A stretch of 64,000 nt of DNA. It comes from Alphaproteobacteria bacterium (GTDB lineage: Bacteria > Pseudomonadota > Alphaproteobacteria > JAEULC01). The stretch is from NCBI GenBank assembly GCA_023150455.1, contig JAKLKW010000026.1, forward strand, positions 41,982 to 105,981. Direction: 5' to 3'. A model generated the notes under the pieces. That model was not told where the DNA came from. It made no database searches and saw only the letters and a program-made list of their open reading frames with translations. Positions 10,263-20,277 of the stretch are shown in pieces. Both the position numbers and the translations under genes were made by a program. How positions within the stretch are numbered: the first letter of the stretch is position 1; every line of letters starts with the position of its first letter.

Positions 10263-12056
10263 CTACCCGTACAGGCTCTCCAGCGCCCTGCCGTACGCCT
10301 CCTTCACCACGTGGCGGCGTACCTTCATCGTCGGCGTCATCATGCCGTTGGCGACGGAGAACGGCTCGCCGGCGATCGTGATGTGGCGCACGCGCTCGAG
10401 CACCGAGAGGTTGGCGTTGACGCGCTCGACCGCCGACGCGAGCGCCTTGTGCAGCTCGGGGTCGTCGGCGACGCGCGGCAGGATGGGCTCGCGCCTGTGT
10501 GTCGCGGCCCATTGCTCGAGGAACTCCTGGCGCGGCACGACGACCGCGACGAGATAGGGCTTGCGGTCGCCGTAGACCATGGCCTGCCCGATCTCGGGCG
10601 TCATGGTGAGGAAGCCCTCGACGCGCTGCGGCGCCACGTTGTCGCCCCCGGAGTTGACGATGATGTCCTTCTTGCGGTCGGTGATGCGCAGGTAGCCGTC
10701 GGGGTCGATGACGCCGATGTCGCCCGTGTAGAGCCAGCCGTCGCGCACGGTCTGATCGCTGAGCTCCTTCAGGCCCCAGTAGCCCTGCATCACGTTCTCG
10801 CCGCGAATCAGGATTTCGCCGTCCTCGGCGATCCGGACTTCGACGCCCTGGATCGGGGGCCCTACCGTGTGCATGCGCTCGGCGAAGGGCGGGTTGCAGT
10901 TCGACACCGGCCCGCTTTCGGTGAGGCCGTAGCCCTGGAGGATGCGCACGCCGAGGGCATGGAAGTAGAGGCCGATCTCGGGATTGAGCGGCGCGCCGCC
11001 GGAGACCATGGCCTTGAGCCTTCCGCCGAAGCGCTGGCGCACCTTGTCGCGCACGAGCTTGTCGACAACCGCGTCCTCGAGCCGCTCGACCACCGTGAGG
11101 CTGTCGGGCGCGTCGTACTTCTTGCGGCCGAGCGCGAGCGCGCGATGGAACAGCCTGGCCTTCAGTCCCCCGGCGCGCTCGACGCCAGACGCGATGCGCT
11201 GGTGCATGGTCTCGTAGAGGCGCGGCACCGCGGTCATGATGGTGGGCCTGGCCTCGGGCAGGTTGGCGGCCAGCTTGTCGGCGCCCTCGGCGTAGTAGAT
11301 CTGCGCGCCGACCGAGATCGGGAAGAAGAGGCCCGCCGTGTGCTCGTAGGAATGCGAAAGCGGCAGGAAGGACAGGAACACCTCGTCGTCGAGCCCGAGC
11401 TTCTCGAGCAGGATCGTCGCGCCCCTGCAGTTCGACAGGATGGCGCCGTGGCTCAGCATCACGCCCTTGGGCGTGCCGCCGGTGCCCGAGGTATAGATCA
11501 GGCAGGCCGTGTCAGTGCGCTTGCGGCCGGCCAGCCGCGTGGGGTCGCCGTCCTGCCCCAGCGCCAGGGCCTGGTCCCAGCCGAGCACTTTGAACCGGCC
11601 GCCCGGCGGCGCGTCGAAGCCCGGGTCCATCGCGATCACGGTCTCGATCGAGGGCACTTCGAGCGCGGACTTCATCACCGTCTCGCCCAGGCGCGGGGTC
11701 GAGACGATCACGGCGCGCGCGCCGCTGTCGGCGAGGATGTGGCGATGGTCGGCGACCGTGTTGGTGACATAGGCCGGCACGCTGATGCCGCCCGCGGCCA
11801 TGATGGCGATGTCCGCGATGGGCCATTTCGGCCGGTTCTCGGCCACCAGCCCGACGCGGTCCCCCGGCTCCAGCCCGAGCGCCCGCAGCCCGAGCGCCAG
11901 AGACCGCGCCTCAGAGGCGGCATCGGCCCAGCTGGTCGGCTGCCAGGCGCCCCCGCGCTTCGCCCACAGGAACGGCCGGTCGCCCATGGACTGGGCCACG
12001 GCGAAGTACATCTCGGCCAGATTCTGGAAAGTCGCCGTGTCGACGGCGTTGGGCAT
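10263..12056 (-). CDS. Long-chain fatty acid--CoA ligase (AMP-binding enzyme family)
   Basis: 597 aa with AMP-binding motifs TSGTTGTPKGV, YGLTE and TGDIG. Confidence 0.8.
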   Translation of the reverse strand: MPNAVDTATFQNLAEMYFAVAQSMGDRPFLWAKRGGAWQPTSWADAASEARSLALGLRALGLEPGDRVGLVAENRPKWPIADIAIMAAGGISVPAYVTNTVADHRHILADSGARAVIVSTPRLGETVMKSALEVPSIETVIAMDPGFDAPPGGRFKVLGWDQALALGQDGDPTRLAGRKRTDTACLIYTSGTGGTPKGVMLSHGAILSNCRGATILLEKLGLDDEVFLSFLPLSHSYEHTAGLFFPISVGAQIYYAEGADKLAANLPEARPTIMTAVPRLYETMHQRIASGVERAGGLKARLFHRALALGRKKYDAPDSLTVVERLEDAVVDKLVRDKVRQRFGGRLKAMVSGGAPLNPEIGLYFHALGVRILQGYGLTESGPVSNCNPPFAERMHTVGPPIQGVEVRIAEDGEILIRGENVMQGYWGLKELSDQTVRDGWLYTGDIGVIDPDGYLRITDRKKDIIVNSGGDNVAPQRVEGFLTMTPEIGQAMVYGDRKPYLVAVVVPRQEFLEQWAATHRREPILPRVADDPELHKALASAVERVNANLSVLERVRHITIAGEPFSVANGMMTPTMKVRRHVVKEAYGRALESLYG

Positions 12057-12155
12057 GTCCTGTCCTCCCCTTTCTCGTTCGGCCGGGTGCGGCCCGGTCC
12101 GGCTTGTTCCCGCGCCCGGGCCGACTTATATCGCTTCCAGCGCCCACGGAGGAAG

Positions 12156-13973
12156 ATGATGCCCTTTGCGCCCGACACCCAGGCCGGCAAGCCCCTTCCG
12201 GCGGCCACCGCGACCGTGACCCTGCCGGAATGGAACCTGACCGACCTGTACCCGGCGATGGATTCGCCCCGGCTCAAGGCCGATCAGGCGCAGATGGACA
12301 TGGCCTCCGAGGCGTTCGAGAAGCGCTACAAGGGCAAGCTCGCGGGCTTGGGCGGCGCGGACCTGGGCAAGGCGATCGGCGAATACGAGAAGATCAGCGA
12401 GACGCTGTCCCGCATGTCGGCCTATGCCCAGCTGCTGCACGCGGCCAACATGACCGACGCCGACATCGGCCGTTTCTACCAGACGCTGCAGGAGAAGGTG
12501 ACCGACATCTCGTCGCGCACGCTGTTCTTCGCGCTGGAGATCAACCGCATCGACGACGCCGTGCTGGCCAAGCAGCTGGAGGATCCGACCACCAAGCGCT
12601 ACGCGCCGTGGCTGCGCGACGTGCGCGCCTTCCGCCCGCACCAGCTCTCCGACGAGCTGGAAAAGCTGCTGCACGAGAAGTCGGTCGCCGGGCGCAACGC
12701 CTGGGTGCGCCTGTTCGACGAAACCATGGCGAGCCTCAGGTTCGAGGTCGACGCGCGCAGGCTGACCGCGACCGAGGCGCTGCACCTGCTGTCGCACCGC
12801 AACCGCGACACGCGGCGCGAGGCGGCGAAGGCGTTCGGCCACGGCCTGGGCGAGAACGCGCGCACCTTCGCGCTGGTCATGAACACGCTGATCAAGGACA
12901 AGGAGATCGAGGACCGCTGGCGCGGCTATCGCCGGCCGGTATCGTCGCGCAACCTCGGCAACTTCGTCGAGGACGAGGTTGTCGACGCGCTGGTCGAGGC
13001 GGTGAAGTCGTCCTATGCCGACCTGTCGCACCGCTACTACGCGATCAAGGCACGCTGGCTGGGGCTGGACAAGCTCGAGTACTGGGATCGCAACGCGCCG
13101 CTGCCGGAGGACGACGACCGCGAGATCGCGTGGGAGGAGGCGCGCGACACGGTGCTCGGCGCCTACGGCGCCTTCTCGAAGGACCTTGCCACGATCGGCA
13201 AGCGCTTCTTCGACAACGCGTGGATCGATGCACCGGCGCGCGCCGGCAAGGCCGGCGGCGCCTTCGCGCACCCGACCGTGCCGAGCGCGCATCCCTACCT
13301 GCTGCTGAACTACCAGGGCAAGTCGCGCGACGTGATGACGCTGGCGCACGAGCTGGGCCACGGCTGCCACCAGATCCTGGCCGGCGGCCAGGGCCACCTA
13401 TTGGCGGACACGCCGCTGACGCTGGCCGAGACCGCCTCGGTGTTCGGCGAGATGCTGACCTTCCGCGCCGTGCTCAGCAAGGAGACCAACCCGAAGCGCC
13501 GCCGCGTCCTGCTGGCGACCAAGATCGAGGACATGCTGAACACGGTCGTGCGCCAGATCGCGTTCTACGACTTCGAGACGCTGGTGCACGACGAGCGGCG
13601 CAAGGGCGAGCTGACGGCCGAGCGCATCGGCGAGATCTGGCTTGCCGTGCAGCGCGACAGCCTGGGGCCCGCGCTGCGCTTCGATCCGGAGTACCAGTAC
13701 TACTGGGCCTACATCCCGCATTTCATCCATTCGCCGTTCTACGTCTACGCCTACGCCTTCGGCGACTGCCTGGTGAACTCGCTCTATGCCGTGTATCAGG
13801 ACGCGCACCCGAACTTCGTCGCCAAGTACCTGGACATGCTGCGCGCCGGCGGCACGCTCCGGCACAAGGAGCTGCTGGCACCGTTCGGCCTTGACGCCAG
13901 CGATCCCAAGTTCTGGCTGCGGGGGCTCGACGTGATCCGCGGCTTCATCGACGAGATCGAGGCTTCGGCCTGA
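12156..13973 (+). CDS. pepF: Oligoendopeptidase F (M3B family)
   Basis: HELGHGCH zinc motif. A GGAGGA SD sits 4 nt before the ATG. The upstream in-frame extension (10188-) is a GC-rich artefact. Confidence 0.85.
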   Translation: MMPFAPDTQAGKPLPAATATVTLPEWNLTDLYPAMDSPRLKADQAQMDMASEAFEKRYKGKLAGLGGADLGKAIGEYEKISETLSRMSAYAQLLHAANMTDADIGRFYQTLQEKVTDISSRTLFFALEINRIDDAVLAKQLEDPTTKRYAPWLRDVRAFRPHQLSDELEKLLHEKSVAGRNAWVRLFDETMASLRFEVDARRLTATEALHLLSHRNRDTRREAAKAFGHGLGENARTFALVMNTLIKDKEIEDRWRGYRRPVSSRNLGNFVEDEVVDALVEAVKSSYADLSHRYYAIKARWLGLDKLEYWDRNAPLPEDDDREIAWEEARDTVLGAYGAFSKDLATIGKRFFDNAWIDAPARAGKAGGAFAHPTVPSAHPYLLLNYQGKSRDVMTLAHELGHGCHQILAGGQGHLLADTPLTLAETASVFGEMLTFRAVLSKETNPKRRRVLLATKIEDMLNTVVRQIAFYDFETLVHDERRKGELTAERIGEIWLAVQRDSLGPALRFDPEYQYYWAYIPHFIHSPFYVYAYAFGDCLVNSLYAVYQDAHPNFVAKYLDMLRAGGTLRHKELLAPFGLDASDPKFWLRGLDVIRGFIDEIEASA

Positions 13974-14038
13974 CCGCGCGCCGGCCCAGGAAGCCCGCGA
14001 CCCCGCCCGCGCCGACACCGCGCGACGACGGCGACACC

Positions 14039-15361
14039 TTGGGCGGCCGGTTGCGCCGCTACGCGCGGGTAGGCGCCTCGGTCGGCGGGCTGGCGGCGCG
14101 GCTGGCGGGCGAGCGCTACCTGGGCTTCGGCCTCGACCGGGCGCGGCACGCGGCCGACTTGCGCACGGCGCTGGGCGGCTTGAAGGGCCCGCTCATGAAG
14201 GTGGCCCAGCTGATGGCCACGATCCCCGACGCGCTGCCCAACGAATACGTGGCGGAGCTGACGCAGCTGCAAGCCGACGCTCCGTCGATGGGCTGGCCGT
14301 TCGTGCGGCGGCGCATGGCGAGCGAGCTGGGTCCGGATTGGCAGGCGCGTTTCAAGAGCTTCGAGCGCGCCGCCGCGCATGCCGCCTCGCTCGGCCAGGT
14401 GCACCGCGCGGTGCTGCACGACGGCAGGCAGGTCGGCTGCAAGCTGCAATACCCCGACATGGCCTCGGCGGTCGAGGCCGACCTGCGGCAGCTGAAGCTG
14501 ATCTTCGCCATCTACGAGCGCTACGACCGCGCGATCGCGACCGAGCAGATCCACGCCGAGATCGCCGCGCGCCTGCGCGAGGAGCTGGACTACGCGCGCG
14601 AGGCGAAGCACATCGGCCTCTACGGCCGGATGCTGAAGCACGAGAATGGCGTGCACGTGCCTCAGGTCATCGATGCGCTGTCCACCGGGCGCCTCTTGAC
14701 GATGACGTGGCTGGACGGCGCCAGGCTGATGTCGGTCACCGAGCTGCCGCTGCCGGAGCGCAACCGCGTCGCCTACAACATGTTCCGCGCCTGGTACGTG
14801 CCGTTCTACGGCTACGCCGTGATCCACGGCGACCCGCATCTCGGCAACTACACGGTGCGGCCCGACCAGAGCGTCAACCTGCTGGACTATGGCTGCATCC
14901 GCGTGTTCCGGCCGGGCTTCGTCGCCGGCGTGATCGACCTCTACCGCGCGCTGCAGCACGGCGACGAGGCGCTGGCGATCAAGGCCTACGAGGACTGGGG
15001 CTTCCAGAAGCTGAACAGGGAGACGATCGACGTGCTCAACCTGTGGGCGCGCTTCGTCTACGCGCCGCTGCTCGAGGACAAGACGCGCCGCATCCAGACC
15101 AAGGAGAGCGGGCAGTACGGCCGCGAGGTGGCGGAGAAGGTGCACGCCGAGTTGCGCCGCCTGGGCGGCGTGCGCCCGCCGCGCGAGTTCGTGTTCATGG
15201 ACCGCGCCGCCATCGGGCTCGGCTCGGTGTTCATGCGCTTGAAGGCCGAGATCAACTGGCATCGCCTGTTTCACGAGCTGATCGCCGATTTCGACCTCGG
15301 CGCGCTGACGAAGCGCCAGGCGAAGGCGCTGACGGCCGCCGGCCTGCCCTTGCCGGGCTAA
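14039..15361 (+). CDS. ABC1/UbiB-family atypical protein kinase
   Basis: ADCK-like kinase motifs (KVAQL, HGDPHLGN, LDYG). The start appears to be a non-ATG codon chosen by the ORF track. Confidence 0.7.
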   Translation: MGGRLRRYARVGASVGGLAARLAGERYLGFGLDRARHAADLRTALGGLKGPLMKVAQLMATIPDALPNEYVAELTQLQADAPSMGWPFVRRRMASELGPDWQARFKSFERAAAHAASLGQVHRAVLHDGRQVGCKLQYPDMASAVEADLRQLKLIFAIYERYDRAIATEQIHAEIAARLREELDYAREAKHIGLYGRMLKHENGVHVPQVIDALSTGRLLTMTWLDGARLMSVTELPLPERNRVAYNMFRAWYVPFYGYAVIHGDPHLGNYTVRPDQSVNLLDYGCIRVFRPGFVAGVIDLYRALQHGDEALAIKAYEDWGFQKLNRETIDVLNLWARFVYAPLLEDKTRRIQTKESGQYGREVAEKVHAELRRLGGVRPPREFVFMDRAAIGLGSVFMRLKAEINWHRLFHELIADFDLGALTKRQAKALTAAGLPLPG

Positions 15362-15504
15362 GGCAGCGAAAATACCGCTCAAATCACGCGCGTTTCCCGT
15401 CGCGTGCCGTGCTTCTTAGTGACCCCTTTCACTGCACCCAATTCGCAGTCGCCCCAGTGTCGCAGGCGACCAGGGAGCCTTGGCGCATTCGGGGAGAACG
15501 AGCC

Positions 15505-16248
15505 ATGGCAAGCGTGGATATGGCCCAGCCCGAGCCGATCGGGCAGATCGAAGACGGCACGGTCGTGAAGCTTTTCTGCTGCGCCTTCGGCGCGGTAATG
15601 GCGATCTTCGGCGACCTGATGAACAACGAGCGCGCCTCGCTGCTGATCAAGCTGCGCGAGGTCTTGAAGACCTACGCGCATCCGCAGTTCGAGGACACCT
15701 ACGTTGTGATCCTATTCGTGGTGGCGATCGCGCTCTGCCTGTTCGTGGTGCGCCCGCCGCGCGGCCGCGGCGAGGCCTTCGCCCAGGGGCTGGCGGTGTT
15801 CGCGGTCTTCACGACGCTCGCGCCGTTCAAGGCCATCCCAAGCTCGACCGAGATCAACCTTTCGGCCGCCCCTCCGCCGGCGGTCTCGTCCCTGTTCTTC
15901 GGCACGGCCATGGCGGCGCCGGGGGGCGAGACGTTCCGCCGCTCCGTCGTGGTCGTGTTCGAAGGCGGCCGGGCGCCGTCGCCGGGTGCGCGCGTGATCG
16001 TTCGCGACGCGGCGACGGGCGCGCCGGTCGGTCAGCGCAACCTCGCCGACGCCCGCAACGACGTGACCATCACCGCGCCGCGCGGCGGCTACCTGCTCGA
16101 CGTCGAGGCCGACGGGTACCAGCGCACGCGCGCCCGCGTCCAGATCGCCGGCCCGGCCGATCCGCCGGCCACCATCCAGGTGCGCCGCTCCTCGGTGCCG
16201 CTGCCGATCCAACAGCTCTGGCGCCCCAACGCGGCCAAGCCGCGCTGA
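15505..16248 (+). CDS. Hypothetical membrane protein with a C-terminal carboxypeptidase-regulatory-like beta-sandwich domain
   Basis: Internal ATG preceded by GGGGAGA. It has two predicted TM segments. The long upstream ORF in this frame overlaps the kinase gene and is rejected. Confidence 0.4.
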   Translation: MASVDMAQPEPIGQIEDGTVVKLFCCAFGAVMAIFGDLMNNERASLLIKLREVLKTYAHPQFEDTYVVILFVVAIALCLFVVRPPRGRGEAFAQGLAVFAVFTTLAPFKAIPSSTEINLSAAPPPAVSSLFFGTAMAAPGGETFRRSVVVVFEGGRAPSPGARVIVRDAATGAPVGQRNLADARNDVTITAPRGGYLLDVEADGYQRTRARVQIAGPADPPATIQVRRSSVPLPIQQLWRPNAAKPR

Positions 16249-16262
16249 CGCCGGGCCGACCG

Positions 16263-16291
16263 CCGGCTGCGCAGGGGCGGGCGCAGCCGGC
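16263..16291. terminator. Perfect 11-bp inverted repeat (GCCGGCTGCGC...GCGCAGCCGGC) between convergent genes
   Basis: Read from the sequence. There is no T-run, so it is a hairpin-only candidate terminator. Confidence 0.3.
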
Positions 16292-16302
16292 GCGCTTGGC
16301 CG

Positions 16303-17547
16303 CTAAAATCTGTCCGGACGGAACGGCGCCAAGTCGACGCTCGGCGCCCGTCCCGCCACCAGCTCGCCCACCAGCTTGCCGGTGATGCCGCCCAGCGCCA
16401 GGCCGATATGGTCGTGGCCGAAGGCGAAGAAGACGTTGGGGAAGCGCGGCGAGCGGCCGATCACCGGCTTGGAGTCGGGGTGCGAGGGGCGCGGTCCCAT
16501 CCACTGGCTGGTCGGGTCCGACTTGAGCGCCGGGATCAGCGCCTCGGCGTGGCGCTGCACCAGCCGCGCGTTCGCCATGTCGGGCGGCGCGTCTGGTGCG
16601 GCGAACTCGGCGATGCCGGTCGCGCGCACGCCATCGGCCATGTGCGTGACGGCGATGTAGCGGTCGCCCGACATCACCGCGACGCGCATGCGCAGCGGCG
16701 GATCGGCGAACATGACGTGATAGCCGCGTTCGGCCTCGAGCGGCACCGCCGTGCCGAGCTCGGCTGCGAGAGCGCGCGACCAGACGCCCGCCGCAATCAC
16801 GATCGTGCCGGCGTCGAGCGTGCCGTTCTCGGTCAGGATGCGCCTGGGCCCATCCGGGCCGATCTCGAAGCCCCGGACCGAAGCGCGCAGGATCTCGCCG
16901 CCGCGCCGGTCGAAGTTGCGCGCCAGAGTCTGCGTCAGCTTCAGCGGGTCCAGGACATGCGCGAGTCTCGGGATGAACACGGCGCGCGCCACGTTGCGCG
17001 CGAGCGACGGCTCGATCTGCCGCGCCTCGTGCCCGTCGAGGATGTCGAACGTCACACCGCGGCGGCGGCGCAGGTCGAGCGCATAGGCGGCACCCTGGAA
17101 CGCCTCCTCGCTCTCCCAGGTCATCATCAGCCCGCTGGGGTTGATCAAGCCTTCGGCTCCGGCATCCTCGATCAGCGGCTGGTAGCCCTCGTGCAGGCGC
17201 TTCAAGAGGCTGTCGCGCGCATCCGCGATCGCCTCGACCCGCGCAGGCCGTGCATTCGCGACGAAACGCAGGAACCAGGGCAGCGCCTTGGGCAGATGCG
17301 ACCAGCGCAGCTTGAGCGGCGCATCGGCGTCGAACAGCATGCGCGGCACCTTTTTGAGGATGCCGGGCATCGCCGCCGGTACGCAGGACGCGAAGCCGAG
17401 ATTGCCCGCGTTGCCGAGGGAGGCGCCTTCGCCCGGCGCGGCGCGGTCGACCAGCCGCACGCGGAAGCCCTCGCGCTGCAGGTAGAGCGCGCAGCACACG
17501 CCGACGATGCCGGCGCCGATCACGGTGACGGGGGGTCGCTCGGACAT
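16303..17547 (-). CDS. FAD-dependent oxidoreductase (D-amino acid dehydrogenase-like, DAO family)
   Basis: N-terminal VTVIGAGIVG Rossmann motif. Its start overlaps the stop of the upstream aminotransferase by 1 nt. Confidence 0.8.
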   Translation of the reverse strand: MSERPPVTVIGAGIVGVCCALYLQREGFRVRLVDRAAPGEGASLGNAGNLGFASCVPAAMPGILKKVPRMLFDADAPLKLRWSHLPKALPWFLRFVANARPARVEAIADARDSLLKRLHEGYQPLIEDAGAEGLINPSGLMMTWESEEAFQGAAYALDLRRRRGVTFDILDGHEARQIEPSLARNVARAVFIPRLAHVLDPLKLTQTLARNFDRRGGEILRASVRGFEIGPDGPRRILTENGTLDAGTIVIAAGVWSRALAAELGTAVPLEAERGYHVMFADPPLRMRVAVMSGDRYIAVTHMADGVRATGIAEFAAPDAPPDMANARLVQRHAEALIPALKSDPTSQWMGPRPSHPDSKPVIGRSPRFPNVFFAFGHDHIGLALGGITGKLVGELVAGRAPSVDLAPFRPDRF

Positions 17548-18732
17548 CAGCGTATCTCCGCCACCGCGCGGACGAAGCGGTCGATCTCGTCCTCGCTGTT
17601 GTAATAGTGGACCGAGGCGCGCACGACCATGTCGAGCCGGCGCCCGGTCATGTCGATCAGCGTCGAGAAGCGGCTGGAGGTCGTCACATTGATGCGCTGG
17701 GCCGCCAGCGCCTGCCGGATCGCGGCGGGCTCAACGTCGCGCTTCGTGAACGTCACGATGCCGCACCTGATCGTGCCGAGATCGCGCAGCTCCACGCCGG
17801 AAAGGTCGCCCAGCCCGGCCCTGAGGCGCGCGGCGAGCGAACCGATGCGCGCCCAGATCGCGTCCATGCCCCAGGAGAGCGCGTAGTCGACCGCGACGCC
17901 GAGGCCGATCTTGGCGGCGACGTTGCCCTCCCAGTTCTCGAAGCGGCGCGCGTCCGGTCGGACCTCGTAGCGGTCCTTCGCCACCCATTTGGCCGCGTGC
18001 AGATCGAGGAAGGGCGGCTCCAGCCGGTCGAGGAAGTCGCGGCGCACGTAAAGGAAGCCGGTGCCGCGCGGCCCGCGCAGGTACTTGCGGCCCGTGGCCG
18101 AGAGCATGTCGCAGCCGATTTGCCGCACGTCGACGGGCAGCTGGCCGACCGACTGGCAGGCGTCGAGCAGGTAGGGGATGCCGTGGGCGCGCGCGAGGCG
18201 GCCGATGGCCTCGGCCGGGTTGACGAGGCCGCCATTGGTCGGCACGTGCGTGACCGCGATCAGCCGGACGCGGCCGTCGATCATCCGTTCGAGCCGGGCG
18301 ACGTCGAGCTGGCCGCTGGCGTCGTTCGGCACCACCTCGACCACGGCGCCGGTCTGCCGCGCCACCTGCAGGAAGGCAATGTAGTTGCTGGCGTACTCCG
18401 ACACCGCCGTCAGGATGCGGTCGCCGGCCTGGAAGCCGATGCCGTAGAACGCCATGTCCCAGGCGCGCGTCGCGTTCTCGACGATCGCGATCTCGTCGCG
18501 CTCGGCGCCGATCAGCGCCGCGACGGCGTCGTAGGCGCGCTCCACCGCCGGGGCGGCCCGGTCGGCGGCCTCGTAGCCGCCGATGCGGCCTTCGAGGTCG
18601 ATATGCTCCTTCACGGCGTCGAGCACCGGCGCCGGCGTGAGCGCCATGCCGGCGTTGTTGAGATGCAGCACGTGGGCGGTGCCCGGCGTCTCGGCGCGGG
18701 CGCGGGCAAGATCGAAGCTCATGCGGATGTCA
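17547..18732 (-). CDS. Class V aminotransferase (cysteine desulfurase / selenocysteine lyase-like, PLP-dependent)
   Basis: AT-V fold signatures and a TGRK lysine region. The internal start is MSFDLARA; the upstream part of the 569-aa ORF is P/R-rich frame noise. Confidence 0.75.
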
Positions 18733-18823
18733 CGTCCCCTCGGGCGATTGGCAGCCGCATTGTCGCTATAATCGCCGGCTTGGCTAGTGCGCGCCGGACC
18801 GCGCGCGGAAGCATGGAGGAAGC

Positions 18824-19204
18824 GTGAGCGACCTCGACCTGTTGGCGGCGATCCGCCGCGGCGACGTCCAGGCAGCCGGGCGGGCCCTCGAGGGCGGGGC
18901 CAGCCCGAGGGCGCGGTCGGCGACGGGCGACTCGGCGATCGTGCTGGCGGCGGCGAGCGGTGAGACGGCGCTGGTCGAGCTGCTGCTCGACAACGGCGCC
19001 CCCGTCGACGACGCGGGCGAGGCCGGCAACACCGCCCTGATGCAGGCGGCGGCGCAGGGTCAGTCGATGATGGTGAAGCTCTTGCTGTCGCGCGGCGCCG
19101 ATGGCGGCCACGCCAATCGCTGGGGGCTGGGGCCGGCGGACTGGGCGCGGTGGGCCAAGGACGCGCCGGACCTGTTGGCGGCAATCCAGGCGAAGCGGTC
19201 CTGA
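18824..19204 (+). CDS. Ankyrin-repeat protein (about 3 repeats)
   Basis: GxTALMQAAAQG...VKLLLSRGAD repeat signatures. It has a GTG start. Confidence 0.6.
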   Translation: MSDLDLLAAIRRGDVQAAGRALEGGASPRARSATGDSAIVLAAASGETALVELLLDNGAPVDDAGEAGNTALMQAAAQGQSMMVKLLLSRGADGGHANRWGLGPADWARWAKDAPDLLAAIQAKRS

Positions 19205-19893
19205 CCGATGCGCGGGCGCAGCACGGTGACGCCGGGCGCCTGCTTGCGCGCCGCACGCTCGCGGTATTCGGCCATCACCGTCTCCTGGTGCTTGCGGTCA
19301 CGGTCGATGCGCGCCTGGGTCCAAGCGTCGAACACCCGCTTGCGATAGGCCTGGCCCAGCTCGGGCGTGGCGGAGTGGTAGTTGGCGACGGCGAGCGACC
19401 ACGAGCGCCTGGCATCGCGCAGCTCCTTCAGGAAGCGCGCGCCATAGGCGACGTTGGTCTCGGGATCGAAGGCTTCCTCGAGGCTGGCAAAGGCGTCGGG
19501 ATGGTGCAGCAGGCTGATCTGCATGCAGCCGACGTCGATGTTGCGCTCGCCGCGTGCCTGTAGCCGGCGCACCTCGGCAATGGCCTGGGCCTTGGTCTCG
19601 TAGTAGCGGCCGTCACCGGCATTGTTGACCGTCCACGGCCAGGCAATTCTTTCCCCCAGCTCGGGGTGGTGCCGGCCCGATTCGGTCATGGCGACCGCGG
19701 CCAGGAGCTGGGCGGGGATGTTGCCGGCGCGCTCGGCGCGGTCGATGGCGCGCCCGCAGGGGTCGTCCGATGTACGGATAAGCGGCCCGAATATCTCGGC
19801 TTTTCCGGCCAGGGGGGCCGCCAGCACCAGCGCCAGGGCCAGGGTCATCGGGGCCAAAACGGTGCGGGGGCGGAAACCGGCAAATCCAGCCAT
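19060..19893 (-). CDS. Secreted lytic transglycosylase (SLT domain)
   Basis: Signal peptide, then an SLT catalytic region (AMTESG...). An AGGAGA SD lies upstream of the ATG. Its 3' end overlaps the ankyrin gene by 145 nt. Confidence 0.7.
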   Translation of the reverse strand: MAGFAGFRPRTVLAPMTLALALVLAAPLAGKAEIFGPLIRTSDDPCGRAIDRAERAGNIPAQLLAAVAMTESGRHHPELGERIAWPWTVNNAGDGRYYETKAQAIAEVRRLQARGERNIDVGCMQISLLHHPDAFASLEEAFDPETNVAYGARFLKELRDARRSWSLAVANYHSATPELGQAYRKRVFDAWTQARIDRDRKHQETVMAEYRERAARKQAPGVTVLRPRIGQDRFAWIAANRSGASLAHRAQSAGPSPQRLAWPPSAPRDSKSFTIID

Positions 19894-20119
19894 GCGACTC
19901 TCCTTGCCGGCGACGGGTCGCAACGGCCATGCCAATGACGTCCATATGCGCCGACAGAATGCGCAGAAACGGTGCATGGCATGCCCCGGTCTTGTGCATC
20001 GCAGCAAATAAGGGGCACGACGGGCGAACGGATTTTGGCCGATTTGTGGTAAGATCATGAAATCTGGAAATTATTCCGATTCTGTTTGCATTACGTCTGC
20101 ATCAGAGCCATATTGTGCA

Positions 20120-20217
20120 ACGCCGAATGAAGGCTGCGCGGCAGGTTCCTGTCGTGCTCTTCTTGGGCGTTTCCTCCCTAAACTCGGGCCGTGTCTTTCG
20201 ACACGGCCCGTTTTTTT
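20120..20217 (+). ncRNA. Candidate sRNA of about 100 nt, with a promoter-like TTGCAT/TATTGT upstream and a strong intrinsic terminator
   Basis: The terminator (GGGCCGTGTC-tttc-GACACGGCCC followed by GTTTTTTT at 20186-20217) is the hardest evidence. No + strand CDS precedes it. The body contains a UUCCUCCC motif. Confidence 0.35.
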
Positions 20218-20277
20218 CATATGTAGGCGAACAGTTTAAGCCGAATCGACGGGCGCGTAGACGGGCGGCGCGGCGGG

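Noticed and set aside
10188-13973. 1261-aa ORF on the + strand spanning the fadD-like gene region
   Set aside because: Only its last about 600 aa (pepF, from 12156) look like protein. The upstream part is Arg/Gly/Asp-rich frame noise typical of GC-rich DNA. It lies antisense to the well-supported AMP-binding ligase gene.
14338-16248. 636-aa ORF overlapping the ABC1 kinase gene in another frame
   Set aside because: The first two thirds are Arg/Ala/Pro-rich with no motifs, and they overlap the kinase CDS. Only the tail from the ATG at 15505 is kept as a hypothetical membrane protein.
20057-20239. 60-aa ORF MKSGNYSDSV... in the SLT/GNAT intergenic region
   Set aside because: It has no SD, atypical composition, and it runs through an intrinsic terminator hairpin. 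I interpret the region as a non-coding RNA candidate instead.
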